Positions 30,488 to 37,095 of a stretch of DNA of 37,095 bases are shown here, piece by piece. The DNA is from Oscillospiraceae bacterium. GTDB taxonomy: Bacteria > Bacillota > Clostridia > Oscillospirales > Oscillospiraceae. Below the pieces are notes generated by a model. The model was not told the DNA's origin. It ran no database searches and saw only the letters and a list, made by a program, of their open reading frames with translations. The stretch covers positions 1 to 37,095 of the forward strand of contig JAZLFI010000127.1 in assembly GCA_045615725.1 (NCBI GenBank). Reading direction: 5' to 3'. Made by a program: the position numbers and the translations under genes. Each line of letters starts with the position of its first letter. The stretch's first letter is position 1.

Positions 30488-30492
30488 AAAGC

Positions 30493-31983
30493 TTATGCAA
30501 AATATCTGTAAAGGAATGTGACAGCCTGAGCGCGTGTGCAGTCGGTGTCGGGCTGGAAGCTATTGCCGTCAAAGCCCTTAGCAACACCGTTATTAACCGC
30601 CCATGAAACTGCATTGTAGCAATAGCTGTCTTTCGCAACATCTGCAAAGACTGTGCCCTCTGCTTTGGGGGAGCCTGCGTATCTGTAAAGGAAGCTCAAA
30701 AGCTGAGCTCTGGTGCAGTTTGTCTCGGGCTTGAACTGCGCTTTGTCAAAGCCGTTTGCGATGCCTTTTTCAACAGCCCAGCATACTGCGTCATAGCAGT
30801 AGGAGTCTGCCTTAACATCCTTGAAACTGCAGGCGTTTTTCGCCTCAGGAGAGCCTGCCGCACGCCACAGCATTGTGATTATCTGACCGCGTGTGCAATC
30901 TGAGTCGGGACTGAACTTATCGGCGGAGATGCCGTTTACAATGCCGTTTAAGTATGCCCAGTCGATTGCATCACGGAAAGCAATCGGCTTCCACTTAATG
31001 TCGGTAAAGGGAGCGCCTACACATTCGGGGATGAGGGAGATAAAACGCTTTGCAATCTCCGCCTGACCCTCGTTGGAGGGGTGAACGTTAAGCTCTACTG
31101 ACTTGAAGAATCCGTCGTCGGTCAGAGAATCGCCGAACTTGGTTGCCATACTCTGAACACCCATAATATCAACGTATATGTAACTGCCCGAATACTTTGA
31201 GCCCTCGGTGATATACAGATTCAGCATATCCATAACCACGTCGGCGGCTTTGCCCAGCTCAAGAGTTGAATCGTCGGAAATCTTGAGCTCGGGGAAGGGG
31301 TTGTAGAAGCCTGCGACCATAAGCGGCACGTCGGGATTAATTGCGTATATATCTCCGATTATTGCATCCCAGTTCTGGCAGAAATGGGTATAGCCGTCGT
31401 AAAGTCCGTCAATTACATTAGCAACAACCTCGGCATACTGTCCAATGGTTTTTGCGGTATCAAGAAGCATTGCCAGGTCTGCGGCATAATCTCCGCTGAA
31501 TTCAAAGGAGAACTCACCGTCCACTTTTGCAATCGCATCCTTTGCGCGCAAAATCGCATAGGTGAGTATGTCGTTGGAGCCGATGTTCATGGTGATGAAA
31601 TCCGCATCCGCTATTGCGGGAATATAAAGTCCGCGTATTTCCTGAACCTTTGCGCGGTTGAAGTTATTTGCAAACTCGTCAGGCATGACGTAGCTGTCTT
31701 CAAGACATGCCCGAAGCTCAATCGTTCTCATACCGCCGCAGGCAAGCTGAGTGAGCTCAGCGCCGATCTCATTGGCAATGCGGTCGGGGTATGCACCGGG
31801 AGTGCGGTTCATGTATTTGTTTTCAACATTGTTTTCGCCGATGCCGTTTGCAATGCTGTCGCCGAGAGAAACATACTTACGGTAACCCGAATAGTCCTTG
31901 CCGTTATCCGCAAAGCATACGCAAAGTCCAGCCAGCATTATAACAATAAGGGCACCGCATAATAAACGTTTAAAAGCTTTCAT
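30493..31983 (-). CDS. Secreted SGNH/GDSL-family esterase/lipase with three C-terminal SLH repeats (paralogue of 10815-12413)
   Basis: Signal peptide, block I VSLGDSIANGIG, HPSNEGQ near the catalytic His, and SLH repeats ending CTRAQAVTFLYRYFA. GGAGA RBS. Confidence 0.85.
   Translation of the reverse strand: MKAFKRLLCGALIVIMLAGLCVCFADNGKDYSGYRKYVSLGDSIANGIGENNVENKYMNRTPGAYPDRIANEIGAELTQLACGGMRTIELRACLEDSYVMPDEFANNFNRAKVQEIRGLYIPAIADADFITMNIGSNDILTYAILRAKDAIAKVDGEFSFEFSGDYAADLAMLLDTAKTIGQYAEVVANVIDGLYDGYTHFCQNWDAIIGDIYAINPDVPLMVAGFYNPFPELKISDDSTLELGKAADVVMDMLNLYITEGSKYSGSYIYVDIMGVQSMATKFGDSLTDDGFFKSVELNVHPSNEGQAEIAKRFISLIPECVGAPFTDIKWKPIAFRDAIDWAYLNGIVNGISADKFSPDSDCTRGQIITMLWRAAGSPEAKNACSFKDVKADSYCYDAVCWAVEKGIANGFDKAQFKPETNCTRAQLLSFLYRYAGSPKAEGTVFADVAKDSYCYNAVSWAVNNGVAKGFDGNSFQPDTDCTRAQAVTFLYRYFA
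30496..31011 (-). repeat. Third, more diverged SLH triple-repeat module
   Basis: Same 3 x ~55 aa repeat organisation and the same conserved Cys positions as the other two modules. Protein-level identity is clearly lower. Confidence 0.7.
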
Positions 31984-32140
31984 TTTATATCTCCAAAATA
32001 TTTAAATATTTTTAACTAATATCTCACAAATCTGGATAAAACGCAAGAATAATCATTATTTTGGCAATGATAAAGAATTCTTTATTATAATGTATATTTT
32101 TCTTGACAAAGTAAGATTGATTATATTAAAGTATAAAGCT

Positions 32141-32890
32141 ATGGAAAATATAACATCGAGAAAAAACAAAATAATAAGCCATTTGCGCTCCGTTGCATCC
32201 GATTCTGCATATCGGAGAGAGTGCGGCGAATTCATCTGTGACGGTGAAAAAACCCTGCGCGAAGCAGTATCCTTCGGCGCGGAGATTGTGTGTGTGCTGT
32301 GGAAGGAAAAGGCAAGTGATACGCAGATTCCCGAGGGCGTACAGCAGTACACCGCACCTGCCGACCTCTTTGAATATGCCTCACCGCTGAAATCGAGTCC
32401 AGGTCCCGTGTTCACGGTGAAGATGCCCGACAGGAAGCTTGAAGCTGATATCAGCTGCGCCATAGTCATTGAAAACCTTCAGGACCCGGGAAATGTGGGA
32501 ACTGTTATCAGAACGGCAAACGCATTTAATATCGATGCGGTGATATTAGTCGGCGCATGCGCGGATTTGTATAATCCCAAAACCGTTCGCGCAAGCATGG
32601 GAGCCATATTCCGCCAGCGCGTAATGGAAATGAGTATAGCGGAGCTGAAGACTTACCTTGCCGAATGCAAACTTCCTCTTTACGGAGCGGCACTGAGCGA
32701 TAAGGCAAAGGATATGCGCGAAGTGTCCGTCAAAAACTGTGCAGTTGCAATCGGCAGTGAGGGCAGGGGACTTTCGGAAGAATTTCTGAATATCTGCGAC
32801 GGAGAACTTATCATCCCGATGAATCCCGACTCTGAGTCCTTGAATGCCGCCGTTGCGGCATCGGTCTTCATGTGGGAGATGTCAAAATAA
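32141..32890 (+). CDS. TrmH/SpoU-family RNA 2'-O-methyltransferase
   Basis: MENITSRKNKIISHLRS is the typical N-terminus of this family. SpoU motifs VIENLQDPGNVGTVIRTANAF, AIGSEGRGLS and IPMNPDSESLNAAVAASV. The track start at 32090 would add 17 atypical residues and overlaps a promoter-like TTGACA. Confidence 0.8.
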   Translation: MENITSRKNKIISHLRSVASDSAYRRECGEFICDGEKTLREAVSFGAEIVCVLWKEKASDTQIPEGVQQYTAPADLFEYASPLKSSPGPVFTVKMPDRKLEADISCAIVIENLQDPGNVGTVIRTANAFNIDAVILVGACADLYNPKTVRASMGAIFRQRVMEMSIAELKTYLAECKLPLYGAALSDKAKDMREVSVKNCAVAIGSEGRGLSEEFLNICDGELIIPMNPDSESLNAAVAASVFMWEMSK

Positions 32891-32911
32891 AAGCGAAAGC
32901 GGGTGCGCCTT

Positions 32912-34135
32912 ATGTCGGCAATTAAATATTGGCTGTGGCTCAATGCGGCGGCTTCTGTTCCGCCCAGAGCGAAGGCTGCACTTTTAGAGCATTACGGAAG
33001 TCCCGAGGAAATGTATTTTGCACCCGAGGGCGATTACAGAAAGCTTTTGGGTGACAGAATCGACGGGCTTGATGCCCTCGAAATGCGCGACCTTGACGGG
33101 GCACTGAGGATAATCGACAAATGTGAAAAGCAGGGAATAAGCATAATAAGCTGTCAGGACGCAAGCTTCCCTGACAGACTGAAAAATATTTATTCACCGC
33201 CTTCAATAATATATGTTAAAGGCATGATGCCCGCCGTTGACGATGAAGCGGCGATAGCCGTAATCGGAACGCGAAAGGCAAGTCCCTACGGACTGAAAAT
33301 GGGCCGCAAGCTTGGCTATGAGATAGCAAAGTGCGGCGGCATAGTGGTATCTGGGCTGACAAGCGGCGTTGATGCCGCAGGCGCAGAAGGTGCACTCCTT
33401 GCAGGCGGCAGGGTAATCGGTGTACTCGGAACACCCCACGAAAGGGAAAAAGGCAGACTTGCCGAGGATGTGGCGCAGTCGGGTGCCCTGATAAGCGAAT
33501 ATCCGCCCGGCACAACGCCAAATAATGCGTTTTTCCGTGCGCGAAACCGCATAGCCGCGGGTCTTTCCGTGGGCGTTGCCGTTGTGGAAGCTCCCGCGAA
33601 AAGCGGAACGCGGCTGTTTGCAAACGAAGCCGCCGACCAGGGCAAGGAGATTTTTGCCGTGCCGGGTAATGCGGACGCTATTAACTGCGTCGGAACAAAC
33701 GAACTTCTGAAAGAGGGCGCAAAGCCCGTAACAAACGGCTGGGATATCATGTGCGAATTTGAGCTTCTGTATCCCGAAAAGGTTTCCAGAACAAGAGATA
33801 TGACCATGCCGCCTGAAAAGGAAACGAAGCCTCCCGTGTACTCCGATAAAGATACGGTGAAATCTGAAAAACGGGAAAAAGCAACAAAAAAAGTCATTGA
33901 CAAGCGTGATACCACGGCTTATATTGACTTGCAGACAGTTTTGGAAAAGCTGAGCGAAACACAGATTAAAATAGTTTCCGTAATGGAAACACCCTCGATG
34001 CATGTCGATGATATCATCGAAATAAGCGGATTTTCCCCGGCAAGAGTGCTTGCGGACCTGACGATGTTACAGCTTAAAGGCATTGTGACTCAGGAAAAAG
34101 GCAAGCGCTTCACATTAAATGTTAAAAGCAATTAA
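32912..34135 (+). CDS. dprA: DNA-processing protein DprA
   Basis: YWLWLN N-terminus, Rossmann core AVIGTRKASPYG, SGLTSGVDAAGAEGAL and VVEAPAKSGT, plus a C-terminal winged-helix-like tail. The ATG at 32912 was chosen over the GTG at 32903, and this start is uncertain. Confidence 0.88.
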   Translation: MSAIKYWLWLNAAASVPPRAKAALLEHYGSPEEMYFAPEGDYRKLLGDRIDGLDALEMRDLDGALRIIDKCEKQGISIISCQDASFPDRLKNIYSPPSIIYVKGMMPAVDDEAAIAVIGTRKASPYGLKMGRKLGYEIAKCGGIVVSGLTSGVDAAGAEGALLAGGRVIGVLGTPHEREKGRLAEDVAQSGALISEYPPGTTPNNAFFRARNRIAAGLSVGVAVVEAPAKSGTRLFANEAADQGKEIFAVPGNADAINCVGTNELLKEGAKPVTNGWDIMCEFELLYPEKVSRTRDMTMPPEKETKPPVYSDKDTVKSEKREKATKKVIDKRDTTAYIDLQTVLEKLSETQIKIVSVMETPSMHVDDIIEISGFSPARVLADLTMLQLKGIVTQEKGKRFTLNVKSN

Positions 34136-34156
34136 GTAAAGAGAGGACAAGCTCAT

Positions 34157-36325
34157 ATGCCTGCAGCTAAGAAAAATCTTGTTATAGTTGAATCTCCGGC
34201 AAAGGCCAGAACAATTGAAAAGTATCTGGGTAAAGATTATAAGGTAGTTGCCTCTATGGGACACCTGCGCGACCTGCCCAAGAGCACCCTCGGCATTGAT
34301 ATAGAGAATAACTTTGAGCCCAAGTATATTCCCGTTAAGGACCACAAGGACGTTATTGACGAGCTGAAAAAGCAGAGCAAAAACGCCAAGATGGTCTACC
34401 TCGCAACCGACCCTGACCGAGAGGGTGAAGCCATTTCATGGCATCTTAAGGAACTGCTTAAGCTCGATGACGAGAAGGCAAGACGCGTAACCTTCAACGA
34501 GATTACCAAGAAGGTCGTTCAGGAGAGCATTGATAATCCCCGCGATATCGACCTTGACCTTGTTGACGCACAGCAGGCAAGAAGACTGCTTGACCGTCTT
34601 GTCGGCTATAAGCTTTCTCCTCTGCTCTGGAAGAAGATTAAGCGCGGCCTCTCCGCAGGCCGTGTTCAGTCTGTTGCAACCAGAATAGTCTGCGACAGAG
34701 AAGAAGAGATAAATAACTTCGTCCGCGAGGAGTACTGGCTTTTGGATGCCATGCTCGACTGCGGCGAAAGCGATACAAGCTTCACCGCCCGTTTCCACGG
34801 CAAGGGTGAGAAGAAGCTTGAGCTTCACACCGAGGAAGAGGTAAACGAGGTTATAAAGGCAACAGAGGATAAGCCCTTTGTGATTAAGAGCGTAAAACGC
34901 GGCGAAAAGCACCGCAGTCCTTCACCTCCGTTTATTACCTCCACCTTACAGCAGGAGGCATCACGCCGCCTCGGCATGACTCCCCGCCGCACCATGTCCA
35001 TCGCCCAGCAGCTTTACGAAGGCGTTGACATTGCAGGCCACGGCACCGTTGGTCTTATAACCTATATGCGTACCGACTCCCTGCGCCTTTCCGACGTTGC
35101 ACTAATGGCGGCAAAGGACTTTATCATCAACCACTACGGCAAGGACTATTACCACGGCTCCTTCCGCGTATATAAGACCAAATCAGGTGCACAGGATGCT
35201 CACGAAGCTATCCGTCCCACCAATGTCGAGCTGACTCCCGAGATAGTTCGCAAGGATTTAACTCCCGAGCAGTACCGACTGTACCGCCTTATCTGGGGTC
35301 GCTTCACCGCGTGCCAGATGGCAAACTCCGTATATGACAACGTAGTCGTAGACGTTGAATCAAACGACTATATTTTCCGCGCAAACTATTCCGAAATGAA
35401 GTTCCCCGGCTATACCGCGGTGTATGAGGAGAGCAAGGACGAGGAATCCGACGAGATTCGAAGCAAGCTTCCCGAGCTTAATGCAGGCGAGCGCGTATAT
35501 CTTGAAAAGATGCTCCCCGAACAGCAGTTCACTCAGCCCCCCGCACGCTATACCGAGGCAACCTTAATCCGAGCAATGGAGGAAAAGGGCATAGGCAGAC
35601 CTTCCACCTACGCACCCACCATTTCCACCATTACCTCTCACGAATATGTTGTCAAGGACGGCAAGTACCTCAAGCCCACCAATCTGGGCATTGTCGTAAC
35701 CGACCTTATGAAAGAGCGCTTCCCCGATATCGTAGACCTCAAGTTCACCAACCAGATGGAATCCGGCCTTGATAACGTCGAGTCCGGCGATATGCCCTGG
35801 AAAGACCTTTTGGGCGAGTTTTACGGCGGCTTCAGCAAAGAGCTTGAAGAAGCTGAGAAAGCCCTTGAGGGCACAAGAATCAAGGTCCCCGATGAGCTCA
35901 GCGACGAGTACTGCGACGTCTGCGGCAAGCAGATGGTTGTAAAATCGGGTCGCTTCGGACGTTTCCTCGCATGCCCGGCCTATCCCGAGTGCAGCTTCAC
36001 CAAGCCTCTCGTAATCGAAATGCCGGGCAAATGCCCCAAGTGCGGAAGCCGAATCCTCAAGCGCACCTCCAAGAAGGGCTATACCTATTATGCCTGCGAG
36101 CGCGGTGCAGACTGCGGATTTATGACATGGTATGTTCCCACCAAGGACTTCTGCCCCAGCTGCGGCAAGACTATATTCAAGCCCAGCGGCAAGGGTCAGA
36201 AAAAAGGCTTCTGCATAAACGAAGAATGCACGGCCTTTGTTCCCGAGGATAAGCGCGGCTATAAGAAAAAGCCCGCCGCAAAGAAAACTGCCGCAAAGAA
36301 AACAACCAAGAAAACCAAGGAATAA
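34157..36325 (+). CDS. topA: DNA topoisomerase I
   Basis: TOPRIM LVIVESPAKARTIEKYLG and ATDPDREGEAISWH, active-site YMRTDS, three C-terminal Cys4 zinc ribbons and a Lys-rich tail. Confidence 0.97.
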   Translation: MPAAKKNLVIVESPAKARTIEKYLGKDYKVVASMGHLRDLPKSTLGIDIENNFEPKYIPVKDHKDVIDELKKQSKNAKMVYLATDPDREGEAISWHLKELLKLDDEKARRVTFNEITKKVVQESIDNPRDIDLDLVDAQQARRLLDRLVGYKLSPLLWKKIKRGLSAGRVQSVATRIVCDREEEINNFVREEYWLLDAMLDCGESDTSFTARFHGKGEKKLELHTEEEVNEVIKATEDKPFVIKSVKRGEKHRSPSPPFITSTLQQEASRRLGMTPRRTMSIAQQLYEGVDIAGHGTVGLITYMRTDSLRLSDVALMAAKDFIINHYGKDYYHGSFRVYKTKSGAQDAHEAIRPTNVELTPEIVRKDLTPEQYRLYRLIWGRFTACQMANSVYDNVVVDVESNDYIFRANYSEMKFPGYTAVYEESKDEESDEIRSKLPELNAGERVYLEKMLPEQQFTQPPARYTEATLIRAMEEKGIGRPSTYAPTISTITSHEYVVKDGKYLKPTNLGIVVTDLMKERFPDIVDLKFTNQMESGLDNVESGDMPWKDLLGEFYGGFSKELEEAEKALEGTRIKVPDELSDEYCDVCGKQMVVKSGRFGRFLACPAYPECSFTKPLVIEMPGKCPKCGSRILKRTSKKGYTYYACERGADCGFMTWYVPTKDFCPSCGKTIFKPSGKGQKKGFCINEECTAFVPEDKRGYKKKPAAKKTAAKKTTKKTKE

Positions 36326-36328
36326 TAA

Positions 36329-37095
36329 ATGAAAGAAGTAACAGTTCTCGGAGCGGGTCTGGCAGGCAGCGAATGTGCCTGGCAGCTTGCGAAGAGGGGA
36401 ATAAAAGTAAAGCTTTATGAGATGAAGCCCGATAAGATGAGCCCCGCCCACAAGTCCCCGTATTTTGCGGAGCTTGTGTGCTCAAACTCACTGCGCAGTG
36501 ACGAGCTTTCAAATGCCGTCGGCCTGCTCAAGGCGGAAATGCGCAAAATGGGCTCACTCATCATGGAAAGCGCGGATAATAACCGCGTTGCCGCAGGCGG
36601 CGCACTTGCCGTTGACCGTGAGGGCTTTGCAAAATATATCACCGATAAACTGACCGGGAACGAGAATATCGAGGTCATATATGAGGAAATCCTCGATATG
36701 CCCGAGGGCGAGGTTGTTGTTGCCACTGGACCGCTGACAAGCGACGGCTTTGCAGAAAAGCTGAAAACTCTCTGCAACGACGAGGGACTTCACTTCTACG
36801 ACGCGGTTGCACCTATCGTAACCCTCGACAGTGTGGACATGGAAAGCGCGTTTTTCGCATCCCGATATGATAAGGGCACAGCGGATTATGTAAACTGCCC
36901 CATGAACGAGGAAGAGTATAAAGCATTTGTGCATGAGCTTTGCATCGCCGAGGAAGCCGCGGTACACGGCTTTGACGACGGCGGAGTGTTTGAGGGCTGT
37001 ATGCCCGTTGAGGTCATGGCAAGAAGAGGCGAGGACACTCTTCGCTTCGGCCCTTTGAAGCCCGTTGGACTCCGCGACCCGAGAACGGGCAGGGA
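36329..37095 (+). CDS. trmFO: Methylenetetrahydrofolate--tRNA-(uracil-5-)-methyltransferase TrmFO (Gid); 5' 255 codons, 3' end leaves the window
   Basis: Absent from the ORF track because it is open at the edge. Translation from the ATG at 36329: [34 protein letters not shown]...[12 protein letters not shown]...[28 protein letters not shown]. This shows a FAD GxGxxG motif and the TrmFO hallmark blocks. It starts 3 nt after the topA stop, the classic topA-trmFO synteny. Confidence 0.93.
   Translation, partial: MKEVTVLGAGLAGSECAWQLAKRGIKVKLYEMKPDKMSPAHKSPYFAELVCSNSLRSDELSNAVGLLKAEMRKMGSLIMESADNNRVAAGGALAVDREGFAKYITDKLTGNENIEVIYEEILDMPEGEVVVATGPLTSDGFAEKLKTLCNDEGLHFYDAVAPIVTLDSVDMESAFFASRYDKGTADYVNCPMNEEEYKAFVHELCIAEEAAVHGFDDGGVFEGCMPVEVMARRGEDTLRFGPLKPVGLRDPRTGR

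Noticed and set aside
33203-34003. 266-aa and 199-aa minus-strand ORFs inside dprA, and the 295-aa minus-strand ORF at 35564-36451 inside topA
   Set aside because: They lie antisense to unmistakable DprA and TopA coding frames. Their compositions are Arg/Cys/Gly-rich and unlike real proteins.
1-37095. Search for CRISPR arrays, tRNA/rRNA genes, riboswitch-like leaders and prophage or IS elements
   Set aside because: There are no regularly spaced direct repeats. No cloverleaf-like or rRNA-like conserved stretches stand out in the intergenic regions, which are AT-rich and mostly under 180 bp. No integrase, transposase or phage structural motif appears in any frame I read. This was done by eye only, so small ncRNAs cannot be excluded.

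Overview
This is 37.1 kb of a Firmicutes/Clostridia-type chromosome, judged from GGAGG-type RBSs, AT-rich intergenic DNA, SLH-anchored exoenzymes, a SpoIIE-type phosphatase and the conserved dprA-topA-trmFO block. I support 28 protein-coding genes (two cut by the window edges), 9 rho-independent terminator hairpins, and several sigma-A-like promoters and operator-like palindromes. I found no rRNA, tRNA, CRISPR array, transposase, integrase or phage genes. Layout, left to right: (1) a partial sugar-binding lipoprotein gene, divergent from a LacI - AEC permease - lipoprotein - ABC exporter::GNAT operon; (2) rlmA; (3) an ~11 kb accessory block (6.7-17.9 kb) of cell-surface and secreted proteins: a coiled-coil membrane protein, a membrane-anchored C11 clostripain-like protease, an SGNH esterase-SLH, a secreted protein, a lipase-like hydrolase-SLH and a secreted alpha/beta hydrolase. 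It ends in a CARF + PD-(D/E)xK (Card1/Can2-like) gene abutting truA; (4) a 937-aa LytS-5TM/Cache/HAMP/PP2C/HATPase sensor with a YhhN-family gene; (5) a tightly coupled class-III PLP enzyme - class II aldolase - TetR - FGGY kinase - GtrA operon; (6) tex, a DUF3298-like lipoprotein and a second SGNH-SLH esterase; (7) trmH-family - dprA - topA - trmFO. The best candidates for undescribed biology are the orphan CARF-nuclease (no CRISPR-Cas or cyclase nearby, Ser at the usual catalytic acid position), the ABC exporter fused to an acetyltransferase, the aminotransferase/aldolase/kinase/GtrA operon, and the SLH exoenzyme island with its 0.5-kb inverted SLH-module repeat. All functional calls rest on motif recognition by eye. 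No database search was run.
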